This document shows, one piece after another, positions 39,175-51,371 of a stretch of 64,000 bases of DNA (position 1 is its first letter; each line of letters opens with the position of its first letter). The stretch comes from Callorhinchus milii (Eukaryota), in contig NW_024704743.1 in the NCBI RefSeq assembly GCF_018977255.1, positions 72,666,001-72,730,000 on the forward strand, written 5' to 3'. Position numbers and translations under genes: made by a program. The notes below the pieces were generated by a model that did no database searches, had not been told where the DNA came from, and worked only from the letters and a program-made list of their open reading frames with translations.

Positions 39175-39402
39175 AAACGCAAAATACTGCAGATGCTGGA
39201 AATCTGAAAACAAAAACAGAAGTTGCTGGGAACACTTAGCAGGTCAGGCAGCATCTAAGGAGAAAGGAAAGTGAATCAATGTTTCGGGTTCTCGAACCTT
39301 AATCAGAACTATGACCCAAAACGTTGACTCACTTTCACGTTCCTTTCTCCATAGATGCTTCCTGACCTGTTGAGTGTTCTCAGAGACTTTTGTTTTTGTT
39401 TT
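39175..39402. mobile_element. Fold-back (inverted repeat) element, Penelope-like terminal repeat
   Basis: Arms 39207-39290 and 39313-39402 are imperfect reverse complements; direct repeat TTTGAGAAATAGCA at 39161-39174 and 39400-39413; CTGA..A..GAAAC motif at the centre. Confidence 0.7.
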
Positions 39403-40191
39403 GAGAAATAGCACTTGCGTCTAAATTTACTCTATTTAGCATTTTACAATGTTCATAATTTGGCAAAATCGTAAATGTAGCCTTACTTTTGAAGTCCGTC
39501 TTCTGTAAGTTCTAATAAAAACTACATGAGTCATGATTTACAACTGACGTATATTACAAACAGTGCATTTTAATAATAATAATCCTTGCATTTGATATAA
39601 CACTTTGTCACGCCGTCGAGACATCTCAAAACACATCACAGAATATATTGTGAAGTGAATTGATTGTATTTTGTGGGGGAAACTGCTAAGTTCTACTGAT
39701 ATTTTAGACTCCTACATGTTATAAGCAAAACTGAGACATTAAGGCAGTAATTCAGCCCTGGAGATCTACTGATATCCATGTAAAGAACTCAAGAATTGTT
39801 CTTGGGGCCTTAAAACACTGCCAGTTATCTTGTATACGGGCACAGATGTATGTTTATCGCTACAAAATAAATATAATTCAAGGCCAAGCAAACAACATCT
39901 ATTTCTTTACCCAATTTGACCTTAAAGACACAGACATCACTTTTTGTCTCTGTTCTCTGTCACTATTGTCAGCGGGAGACAGAAAGTAATAAATTACATC
40001 CATTCTTGGGAAAATCAGAGTCACTCATCTGTACTTTTTCTTCTCATGACTAAGAGCAGGTAACACAGCATTATTCTATTTAAATAGGGAATTTAGCCAG
40101 AGCTACTAATGTTATCTGTGATGCCCTGTGAAAAGTACCAATTATGTGAGCCACATGACCAACTTCGGGCACATTACAAAATTAATTGCAA

Positions 40192-40900
40192 TGTGTCAGC
40201 CTGACTCGGTTGATAGCACTCTCTCCTTTGAGTCAGGAGGTTGTTCGTTCAAGCCTCACATCGAAACTTACAGTCACAGTCAAGGCTAACACTAATACTG
40301 GGGAATGCTGCATTGTTGGAGGTTCTGCCTTTCAAATGAGATGTTAAATTAAAGTCCTGTTTTGATGGACATTAAAGATCCCTCGCTTTGCAAGCGAGAA
40401 ACCCGAGTTCAATTCCAGGCAGGGCGAAACCTTGGGCAAGTTTCCTTACTCCACACGCCTAATAATAATCCCTCCAAAAAACAAAAACAATAATTAAATT
40501 GGTCATTTTCAATCTACGACTGTTTGTGGGACATTGCTGAGCGCAATTGGCTGCCACGTTCGCCCACAAATATACAGTCAACTCACTTTACAGTATATTC
40601 TGTGAAGCGCTTTGGGACGTCCTCCCGACGTGAAAAGCGCTATATCAAATGCAAGGATTATCTTTTTATCCCATGATACTAGTCGAAAAGAGAAGGGATT
40701 TTCTCCTAGTGTCCTGGCAAACAGTCCCTTGGATTAAATTGATCATTCACTTTAAGGTTGTTTGTGGGACACTGATGTACCCAAATTAGCTGCTGCATCC
40801 GCCTATAAAATACGCTTTACAACAAATCCTGTGAAGCACTTTGAGTTGTCCTCTTGACATGAAAGGAGCTACATGAAATGTGAAGATTATCATTATTTAT
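40192..40900 (+). mobile_element. Older DeuSINE-like copy hosting the 40383 SINE
   Basis: tgtgtcagcctgactcggttgatagcactctctcctttgagtcagg head; body continues after 40672 as atgatactagtcgaaaagagaaggg. Confidence 0.78.
40383..40667 (+). mobile_element. 5'-truncated young SINE nested in an older DeuSINE-like copy
   Basis: Close match to 52931-53215; flanked by ATCCC at 40378-40382 and 40668-40672. Confidence 0.9.
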
Positions 40901-42211
40901 TATCAATGGGTAACAGAATAGATGAATGGTTAATCATAGGGGGAAATGCTCTGAAAACTATCCCCTGAATTACTGCTGATCTCTTCTTTGTTTTGTTCTG
41001 CCATTTGAAAGGATGTGCTCGGTTGGTAAGCTGGATTTGGTTATTGAATTTCAACTCAAACTGGCAAGTTCAAAACGATGCAACTACTCTTGTTGACGTT
41101 TACTGAAAGGCAGTCAGAGCTTTCAAACTGCAGGGGCTCTTCTTTCAAATTGGAACATGTGCAACAACTATCTGCAAATCTTCCCAATAAGCAATGCAAT
41201 AAAACAGAACTATGGAAGTGCATAAAGGCGATGGACTGTGCTATGCTTGGAAAAAGCTAAATTGTAATCTTATTCCACTCTGGGTTTTGCTTCAGTCTGC
41301 AATGGGTTAAATTGATGGGCCATGAAAGGATCAAGTGTTTTTCATTTTGCAGCTGCAAACAAGTTAATTCTGTAACTTGTCTGCTCAGTGTCCACACAAC
41401 TGCATGTTGGCAGGAATGATTGTACCCATGCATGTTAATTACATACCACCCGGAGCAGACTGCTGCCGGTGACAGGTTTAGGTTTCAGGGTGACAGCCCT
41501 TTGTGTACCAAAGTAAAATTTGTTCCAAGTCGGCAGTCTCTGAACGCAGGTGGCAGCTCTATCTAAAGAATCTTGTTTACATTTTGTAGAAGTTAATGGA
41601 TAACCAACACTCAGCTACGTGGCTAAAATCTCACTGAGGGGGTCCACATAATGTGAAAAGCTAGAACCAAATACATGCAGCTTACGACCATCATCTAAAG
41701 CCTGCAGTTAGAATGTCATCTGAACTCTCGTAGCTGGTGTCTGGGTATTTGTAATAAATATACACTTAAATTTGTTTGCAAACATCATTTCTTTCTGGTG
41801 CCCAGAACCATCAGTCAGTCTCATGCTCGTCCTGTATAAATGATGGCTGTCACAAAACACTGCAACTGCTTTGTGAAATTGACAGAAAAGGTTATGAGAT
41901 TTATTACTTGGTTGTTTGCTACCTTGTGGCATTTTCTACAATGTATATATATTTTGAAAGTCTCTAACAATAAAATGCATGGAGATGTTATTGTACAAAA
42001 TATCTAATTTTATAAATAAGCATCCTGAGGCACTATATTATGTGAAAAGCATTACATTCTAAATTTGATTTGTAGAAGAGAGACAAAGCCAGTTATAAAC
42101 ATTAGCTTCATAATACTTAGTCATATAACAACAATGTAGGGAAATTAGATTCTGCTCTTAGTATTTTATGAAACTCACTGAAGAGCATTTACATGCTTTA
42201 TTATGATCATA

Positions 42212-42508
42212 TTATAATAATAATAATAATCACTGTATTTGGTATAGCACCTTTCAGGTCACCAAGATGTATCAAAGATTTACTGTGAAGTGGACTGACT
42301 GTATTTGTAAAGAAACACATTAGCCCAATTGCTTGGAGTTTGGAGTGCACTTCAATATCACACAAACAGCCATGAAGTGAATGACTAATTTTATTTGGGG
42401 TTTATTGGCTAGGGCACCGAGATAAACTTCCTTCTCTTTTCTAGTAATGCCATGGGATCTTTAACATCCACCTGAACAGACAGATAGGCCTCGGTTCAAT
42501 GTCTCATC
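42212..42508 (-). mobile_element. DeuSINE-like copy
   Basis: tgccatgggatctttaacatccacctgaacagacagataggcctcggttcaatgtctcatc; (TAA)n tail at the left. Confidence 0.7.
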
Positions 42509-42629
42509 ATAGGAACATAGGATATTAGGAATTCATTCAGCTAATCTAGTCTGCCTCACCACAAAAGACACGGCAGCTTTACGAACTAGAACATATGATG
42601 CCAGGGAGCAAGGCTTCACCCAGTTTCCA

Positions 42630-42940
42630 TAATTTGCAATGCTGGCAGGTTGTTTGACTGTTGGGCACGTCACAGCCAAGTTCAATTCTGTCCTGACCTG
42701 ACATTCACAATCCTTTAGCAGGGATCGCTGGATATCAACCACTGCTGATTCCCTCCCGCCTCCCCCCAAACTCCAGGATGTGGTGGCCAACTGTACACCC
42801 CAACTACTGGACATACTAGACTCAAGTAATTTACATGCACACACCCCACAGACACAGAGCGAGAGAGAGAGAGATATTTGAACTCTAAGCCTCAAATGTA
42901 TGCCAGCAAGGTAGCAGTGACTGGGCCATGCAAGCCGTTG
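42630..42940 (-). mobile_element. AmnSINE2-like ancient SINE
   Basis: Reverse complement gatatccagcgatccctgct...gtcaggacagaattgaacttggctgtgacgtgccc...acctgcc resembles the AmnSINE2 body as I recall it; related to the 61575 copy. Confidence 0.45.
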
Positions 42941-45263
42941 GGGGCAGTTTATTTTTTCTATGTTGATTCTCCTAATTTTAAAGAATCGCAAAAAGAGATC
43001 CTCTTTTTCAACATACAAATCTCAACATACTGAAGTGAATAGACTTTTTAAAATATATATTAAACAGCATTGTGCCAAGAAAATTTGGACAAAATATTCA
43101 GATGATCACACAGGACAAATAAATCAGCAGTGAAGGCCCCAATGTTTGGTGGATAAGTGGACGTCAATGTCGAGTAATTTTTTCCCTTTGAGACCTGTCC
43201 AGGTCCGCATTCCTTCCCTTTGCTGATTATTGGTGTGCTGCTGCAACTGGGAGATGTCTATTTCCATTCTAATTGACCCAACGTTAGAACATCTGATTCA
43301 CTGGCTTTGCTCAGCTGCAACATCCCCAGAGAATCTCGATTTGCTGCAAACCTTATTATAAAGATAGAAATTAATGGCATAATCTACAGCAGCCAGGTAA
43401 ACTAAATTAGCTAGGAAAACGTAACAGAAAAGGCTATGCATCACTTTTAACATGAGTGCATTCATCCGTGCATTCTCTTTTAAAAAACAATGCCCACAAA
43501 TCTTGTTAGTGAAAGCAATTACAGTTTACATTGCTCTGTGCTGGCACAAAGTTAACAATGGAGAACACTTTTCTGAAATGAAAGGTGTCCTAATCAGCCC
43601 TGGCACTAGCATTATACAATTTTGTCTTAAGAGGCGAGTTTAGTTACCAGCTATCCCAGCAGTGAATCTTTCTATATTAAGCTTTTCAAGCCCGAGTTCC
43701 ACAACCATCCAAATGTTGTGGATGAATAAGTGCTATGTTTGATTATTTCTCTAAACATTCATTGCATTTTAGTTTATAATGCCAGTGGTGCAATAATCTG
43801 CTTTATATCATAATCATTCTAAATTTCTTATGCAGCATATATTCTGCTTAGTCGTTAGAAGTCCACCATGAGGGTAAGGATCCAGAATACGGGAAGTTGC
43901 AAAAACATTGGAAAAGGCATGCTGGAGGAAACAGTTTAACAAGACTGATTTGGATACTCTTACATTGCTTTATCAAGGAGTTCAGCAAAACACTTATTTC
44001 AGGAAGTCAGATAACCAATTCCATATCGATTTTGAATAAAGAGCAAATAGAAATGTACAAGGTATTACAAGAGTCTGTAGATTTGTGTGCACGTTTGTGT
44101 GTGTGTATGTGTGGGCAGAACAAGGTGGATCACTTTATAATATGGACAATGTAGGGCTCATAGTCAAATTATTTAGCTACCTGGTACTGCAAGCCAAACC
44201 CTACATGAACTCTGTACTGTTTCATCAGTCCTTCCCAGCTTATGAATGTTAATTCACTGTGACATAGAATTAAAGTCTAATTCATGTTTTCATCACAGCT
44301 GTCCAAACAATGAGGAAGTGTTTAATTCAACATCTGAGAATATTAGGTGCTCACTTTAAGTGGATTTAAAGTGGCACTGGTTTAGTTAGTTATCGCAATC
44401 AAATTTATTTTTACAATTCCGAATCAGAAGATGTAATTGTATCAATAGATGGCCTGGAATTTCCCCCAAATATCAGTACAGATAGCTCTTAACAATGCAG
44501 ACAAAGTGCTTTTTATCCATTACATAATCACGTTTTGCAGGACCACAAGCGCATCGGAACATCTTCCCAACCTGAAAGGCACTATACAAGGAAAATATGT
44601 ATTGTACTGTAATATCAATACAATTGCAACATAAATGACAAGTTTCATAATGTAACAACTTGATAAGAGTCAATCACTTATCTGTTATTTGTCAAGATTT
44701 TAACCACACAATGAGCATAATTTGGATATGCGTGATTTACAATTAAACCATATTTATATGTAAATGCATTCAATAAACCACTGATGTTGTTCAATCTGCA
44801 CTTGAGGCATTAACATGATTGCTTTTGTAATTTTAGAATTTGCAATTATTTTATTGCATGTCAGCTTTCAGTTTTAATCCATTATCTGTTTTTTTTCGCC
44901 TGAAATCAGATCTCATGGATAACACCACGCAAAAGTCACTGATGTAAACTTATAATCAGTGTTTGTTTTGTATTTGTCGTTGACAGAGCCAAGAAATACT
45001 GTTTATTTCTCAAATATTTTTCACTCAAATGGGATTTATTTTAATTGAAACCTTGTCCTGGATTTCACAGTGGCTGCAGATGTTGTCATAGCTGATGTGA
45101 CATTCACATAACTATTCATTTTATTCTTTCAAGAACCTAAATCACATTGCCTTGATTCTCCCACTTTTGCTTTGCTGAGTTGCTCGCTTAGGCTGCCCTT
45201 GCTGTACAGTGATCTAATATTGGGAATCGTCTTTGTGGCTATCCTCTCCACCCCTTCACATTT

Positions 45264-45625
45264 GAGTCCTGTAGCTCAGTGGTTTCGAGCACTTGCCTCA
45301 CAAGCAAGAGACCTGCGTTTGATTCCCGACAGGGGGAAATGTTGGGCAAGTTTCCTTACTCCACACGTCTCTGTTTTTCCAGCAGTAAGTAGGAACCTGG
45401 CTGTTAGTCGATTGGTGGATCACTTTTCCGGGGATAATAATCCTTAAAAAAAAATTTGTTTACTCAATCCATGACTCTTTGCGACACACTGCTATGAGCA
45501 ATTGGTTGCCACGTTTCACCCACAAATATACAGTAAATTAACTTTACTGTATATTCTGTGAAGCGCTTTGAGAAGTCTCGAAGATGTGAAAAGCACTGTA
45601 TCAAATGCAAGGATTATTATTATTA
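45264..45625 (+). mobile_element. tRNA-derived SINE, long subfamily
   Basis: Same architecture as the 38185 copy. Confidence 0.9.
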
Positions 45626-45933
45626 ACATCCCTTCAGAGGTAAAGAGATTGAAATTGAATATTCAATGTTTGATCTCAATATTCTATTTTATAGATTAAA
45701 GGCAACCTCCTTAGGCTTGTGCTGCTCTTGGCGGTGCACCTTAACATGCTGTTTGCCTTGTTAATTGCCAGCTCTCATTTTGCAGAGGCAGCTTGAAGGC
45801 TTGCCTGCATCTCTTGCAAATCTTCCGGCTCCAATCCTCCAAGTTACAGTATTTACATAAAAATGCCTTACTTTGCGCTTATTCAGATTAAAATACAATT
45901 TGTCAGTTATTAATCTACCTACTCTATATCTTC

Positions 45934-46069
45934 ATTGCTGTGCGCAATTGGCTGCCGCGTTCGCCCACAAATTTACAGTCAATTCACTTTACAGTGTGTT
46001 CTGTGAAGCGCTTTGGGACGTCCTTCCGACGTGAAAAGCGCTATATCAAATGCAAGATTATTATTATTA
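45934..46069 (+). mobile_element. 3' part of the young SINE
   Basis: cattgctgtgcgcaattggctgccgcgttcgcccac...aagcgctatatcaaatgcaagattattatta. Confidence 0.88.
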
Positions 46070-47217
46070 CTGTCAGCTAATTAGCTTCCATTCTTCAGTT
46101 TGATATTCTATGCAATCTGGCATCAGCACAGAATCTAGATATTCAGCTACTGATCCCCTTATCTAGGCCAATTCTGTCGCTTGTGAACTTCTTTTTGTCA
46201 ATGCAATTTTTGATCTACTTTATTTCTATCTCCAACTTTTCACTAGCAGCGACTTGTTAGCGTCTTTATCAAACATATTTCTAAGCTGCTACGAGGATTC
46301 CTTAATAGGGTCTGATACGTAAATGGAAACTTCTAGGTCCAAGATTTGAAAGAAAAGTAAGTCATGCAGACGTACAGGAACACTGCTGGAAGTAGAGGGT
46401 GTTGTAAAGTGCTCTGATTCAGTATATCCTGTGAAGCACTTTAAGACGTCTTGACAATGTAATAAAGCGCTAGAAATCAAATGCAAGGATTATTATTATT
46501 ATTCAATCCTACATGAATCCTATATAAGTGGAGCAGATTTCCTGCGGGTCATCAAAATGTACTTCTGCTTTTATTTTGAAAATTGCAACAAATTAATCTC
46601 CTTACATATTCACATATAATACGTAACATATTTATGATGCATGGATATATATACATATAATAATAATCCTTGCATTTGATATAGCGCCTTATCATGTCTT
46701 CGAGACGTCTCAAAGCGCTTCGAAGAATATACTGTAAAGTGAAATGACTGAATATTTTGTGGGTGAATCCTATAATATTAAGACAATTCTTATTCTCTAT
46801 TCAAACCAGCTGTCCCAAGTTTCTCTACATCAGGTCCTCAGTACTTTTTTGTCTCAGAAATCAACAAATCCGCTAAACATCACCTACCAACTGCTTCCTT
46901 TCCTTAAGAATGTGCCCGTTACATTCCAGTCACTTATCTACTTTCAATGGCTCCAGGGGGATTTTAGTTCTTTAGAAACCTCATTCTATTAATATGTATT
47001 CTGCCCATACTCTGCTGATGCCCCCAGATAGCTCGACTGTGGAATCAGGATTGACCTGTAAGTGCTGCTTCATGAAGACTGCAAAGAAAAATCTTTTTAA
47101 AATTAAGTCATTTTCTGACTTCCTGTCAATCGCACCCTTCAAAGCCTCATCCTATTCTTTAACCCCTGGCTGGTACAAACATAATTGAAACTATTTTCTT
47201 CTGTGAACCTTTACAGA

Positions 47218-48638
47218 GCCTCCCAACTGCGCTCTTTCCTTTCCACCCATTCACTTTTCGAACCCCTTCAGTCAGGTTTCCGTGCTGCCCATAGCACAGA
47301 AACTGCCCTGGTCAAGGTCACCAATGATATCCTGACCATCTGTGACCAGGGCTCCCTCTGCCTCCTCGTCCTCCTCGACCTATCGGCAGCATTCGATACG
47401 GTCGACCACGCTATCCTACTCCACCGCTTGTCCTCCCACCTCAACCTTCAAGGCACTGTCCTTGAGTGGTTTAGGTCGTACCTTTCTCACCGTCTTCACT
47501 TTGTCTCACAAATGGCTTCTCCTCCACCCCCCGCACTGTCTCATGTGGTGTCCCTCAGGGCTCTGTCCTCGGTCCCCTCCTCTTCACCCTCTACATGCTC
47601 CCCCTTGGTGACATCATCCGCAGACATGGGGTTAACTTCCACATGTATGCGGATGACACCCAACTCTACCTTTCCTCCTCTACTCTCAACTCCACGACCA
47701 CCGATGTCCTGACAGCCTGCCTGTCCGACATCGAGTCCTGGACGAGAGACAACTTTCTTCAGCTCAACGTGCGAAAAACCGAGGCCCTCCTGATTGGCTC
47801 ACGTCAGCGCCTCCGCACCTCAGGCGCTGACACCATCAGCATCCAAGGCTGCACTCTCCACCTCTCAAAGCCAGTCAGGAACCTCGGCGTTTTGTTCGAC
47901 CCTGAGCTGTCCTTTCTCCCTCACATCCGCACCACAACTGGCACCGCCTTCCATCACCTCCGGAACATCGCCAGACTACGGCACTACCTCACCCCTCACG
48001 CTGCTGAAACCCTGGTTCACGCCTTTGTCACCTCAAGGCTGGACTATGGGAACTCTCTCCTCGCCGGCCTTCCCGCACCTCCCTCCACAAGCTGCAGGTC
48101 ATTCAGAACTCTGCAGCTCGTGTACTGTCCCGCACCAGACTTCGGGACCACATCACTCCCACCCTCGCTCGCCTCCACTGGCTCCCCATCCCCCAGAGGA
48201 TTGATTTCAAGATCCTCATCCTCACCTACAAGGCCATTCACGGCCTTGCTCCCTCCTACCTCTCTGACCTACTATCCCCCTACCTACCTGCCCGTACCCT
48301 CCGTTCCTCTGGCTCCGGTCTGCTCCACGTCCCCCGCCCCAACCGCCCTACCATCGGTGTCGGGCCTTCAGCCTCTCAGCCCCGAGGCTCTGGAACTCCA
48401 TCCCCCAGTGCCTTCGCCGCCTCCTCCCTTTCCTCCTTCAAGGCCGGTCTCAAAACCTTTCTTTTTGACTGAGCCTTCAGCTCCCCTCTCGACTCTCTTC
48501 CCCCTCCTCGCTCCCTCCCTTCCCTCCCCTCACCCTGACCATTTCCCCCTGCTCGGGTCCTGACCCAACTGTGCAGCGCCTTGGGACGTCCTCCTGACGT
48601 GAAAGGCGCTTTATAAATGGAATCTTGTTGTTGTTGTT
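47218..48638 (+). mobile_element. Young 5'-truncated L2 LINE (subfamily A) with reverse transcriptase core
   Basis: [43 protein letters not shown] (ggtgtccctcagggctctgtcctcggtccc), YADDTQLY; frameshifts near 47510, 48075 and 48360; stem-loop and (TTG)n tail. Confidence 0.97.
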
Positions 48639-48779
48639 CATGCACCATTTCATTTTCCAGGCCCCTTTCCTGCCTTTATTTTAATTTTGCTAACTTCCAT
48701 CTCTTGTGACTGTCTCGTTGTGTCAGGATCAATTCTACAGAGGTTTCCAAACATTATAAATAGATTTGATAGTTGTATT

Positions 48780-49140
48780 ACAACAACAACAACTGGGATT
48801 TATATAGCGCCCTCCACAACGGACGGCATCTCAGAGCGCTTTGCAGTAACGGATCCCGGGGTGAGCCAGCGGGAGGAGGAGGAAGGTGACCAAAGGTCGA
48901 AAAGAAAGGTCTTCAGCAGAGACCTGAAAATAGAAAGAGAGGGAGCGAGGCGAAGGGAGTGAGGAAGGGAGTTCCAGAGCCTTGGGGCATAGTGGATGAA
49001 GGCACGGCCGCCAAAGGTGGAGCGGAGGACTCGGGGGAGGAAGAGGAGGCCAGACCCAGAGGAACGAAGGCAACGGGCACTGTTTTGAGGAGAAAGGAGG
49101 TCAGAGAGGTAGGGGGGTGCAGAGGAATGGAGGGTTTTGA
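48780..49140 (-). mobile_element. L2 LINE 3' fragment, subfamily B, tail-to-tail with the 47218 copy
   Basis: Reverse complement matches 32140-32493; (CAA)n tail at 48781-48793. Confidence 0.92.
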
Positions 49141-49180
49141 ATGCAATATTAGATTATATTAGATTGTACTGTATTTATTT

Positions 49181-49392
49181 GCTGTGTTAGCTTGGCTCAG
49201 TGGTATGGCACTCGCCTCTGAGTCGGGACTTGGAATTACGTAATCTACAGTGACACTCTAATGCAGAGCCTAGGGGAGTGCTGCATTGTTGGAGATGCCA
49301 TCCTTCAGATGAGATGTTAAACCAAAGTCCCATCTGCCTGTTCAGTGGATGTTAAAGATCTCATGGCACTATTTAAAAAGAGAAGGGAGTTT
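49181..49392 (+). mobile_element. DeuSINE-like 5' part
   Basis: cttggctcagtggtatggcactcgcctctgagtc...gagtgctgcattgttggagatgccatccttcagatgagatgttaaacc. Confidence 0.72.
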
Positions 49393-49642
49393 GCTTGAGA
49401 GCACATTTATACAGTACATAAATCTCCACTAAAATTAAAGCAATTCCTCATCGAATTGCATGTAAAATTACAGCATTATCAATTGTTGCCCTCACTTTCT
49501 GGAACTGTTTCCAAACTACTTTGATTATTCTTAACAATTTAAGTAACCAAAGAGACAGGACACAAACAAGTGATTTCCACAACTAGGTTATTTCGCAGAG
49601 GAAAACAGAATTAGAGAAATATTTAAATATTTGAAATATTTA

Positions 49643-49676
49643 AATCAATCAATCGATTGATCAATCAATCAATCAT
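49643..49676. repeat. (AATC)n microsatellite with a short inverted unit
   Basis: aatcaatcaatcgattgatcaatcaatcaatca. Confidence 0.7.
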
Positions 49677-50160
49677 TGTAGTTTCATCTTCCCTCTTGAA
49701 ATTGTTTGCCAGAATTTGCTAATCTAAATGTTTGTTTGATACATTATCTGATGCTCTAATTTCGAAACAATTGGGAAACAAAAGGCTGAGTCTGAGATTT
49801 CAACCAGTACAAATGATAACAACTGACATTGTGGTAACTACTTCCAACATTGTGTAGTATCCTGAACCCCTTGTTACAGTGTTGCAGAATATCTGAGATT
49901 ACTGCTGCTAGTTTTCCAGCAGCTTCAAATGCAGTTTGTCTATATGTAGCTGAATGGAGCAGCCTCTTCGCTGACTGAATCAAATAAACCTGCTGATTTA
50001 TTTTTGGACGGGTGAAAAAGGACTCTCACTGGCACTCTAGAGTCTCCTCAATTTAAGAGAGTAGTTTAAAATCGATCATACAATGGTGACAGAAACAAGT
50101 ACTTCCCAATCGTATTATTTAAGGATCAGATGCTTTGTTCCGATCACATCTCCACCTTAA

Positions 50161-50877
50161 ATCCTTTCTTCCTCATATCTGCGCCACAATTGGCACCGCC
50201 TTCTATCACCTCCGAAACATCACCAGACTACGGCACTACCTCACCCCTCACGCTGCTGAAACCCTGGTCCACACCTTTATCACCTCAAGGCTGGACTATG
50301 GGAACTCTCTCCTCGCCGGCCTTCCCGCCACCTCCCTCCACAAGCTTCAGAACTCTGCAGCTCGTGTACTGTCCCGTACCAGACTACGCGACCACATCAC
50401 TCCCACCCTCGCTCGCCTCCACTGGCTCCCCATCCCCCAGAGGATCGAATTCAAGATCCTCATCCTCACCTACAAGGCCATTCACAGCCTCGCTCCCTCC
50501 TACCTCTCCGACCTACTATCCCCCTACTGACCTGCCCGTACCCTCCGTTCCTCTGGCTCCGGTCTGCTCCATATCCCCCGCCCCAACCGCCCTACCATCG
50601 GTGGCCGGGCCTTCAGCCTCTCAGCCCCGAGGCTCTGGAACTCTATCCCCCAATGCCTTTGCCGCCTCCTCCCTTTCCTCCTTCAAGGCCGGTCTCAAGA
50701 CCTTTCTCTTTGACCGTGCCTTCAGCTCCCCTCTCGACTCTCTACCCTCTCCTCGCTCCCTCCCCTCACCCTGACCATTTCCCCCCTGCTCGGGTCCTGA
50801 TCCACCTGTACAGCGCCTTGGGATGTCCTCCCGACGTGAAAGGCGCTCTATAAATGGAATCTTGTTGTTGTTGTTGT
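50161..50877 (+). mobile_element. Young L2 LINE 3' fragment, subfamily A
   Basis: Closely matches 47910-48638 by eye; [22 protein letters not shown]...[15 protein letters not shown]; (TTG)n tail. Confidence 0.96.
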
Positions 50878-51277
50878 AAATGTCTTGCTAAGAATTTCTG
50901 GATTAGGAATATTCAATCAGGAGTGGCCCAATAGCTCACGAAGCCTCCTCCTCCCAGACTGTTATCTATAGATGCAATACAGTATAGATCAAGAGCAGCA
51001 CAGGCCTTATCAAGGATCTCATTGGTAAGTCTCACTATCGTCAGCTGATGCAGCAAACACACTGTTTCAATACATTTTAGCATCAATTGCTCAAATAATT
51101 GACTGTTGATAATGGAGATCTAATTTGAAATGTCCATAAACCAGATTAGTTGAGTTAATTGCAACTTTCGATTTTCAAATCTCTACAGCCATTAGATTTG
51201 AGAGATTTGGAAAACGGCTAATTGTGAATCCCCAAACCAGGCAGAAGTCTAAATAACCCGAACTTGCACATACTAAC

Positions 51278-51371
51278 CAAAAATATCCGTTCCAGTTGAT
51301 CCTGAATGTCCTTCATTCCGGGAAAAGCAGCAACTCCTTGGATCATTTCGACAAAGATGCAACCCACACCC
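51278..51371 (-). CDS. CDK14: CDK14 coding exon, 94 bp
   Basis: ttttctag|G GGT GTG GGT TGC ... CGG ATA TTT TTG|gttagt = (W)GVGCIFVEMIQGVAAFPGMKDIQDQLERIFL; phase 2 start completes TG|G from the previous exon. Confidence 0.97.

Noticed and set aside
47185..48563. Long ORFs of 175 and 322 aa as a host gene or novel RT system
   Set aside because: They are frameshifted pieces of a 5'-truncated L2 ORF2.
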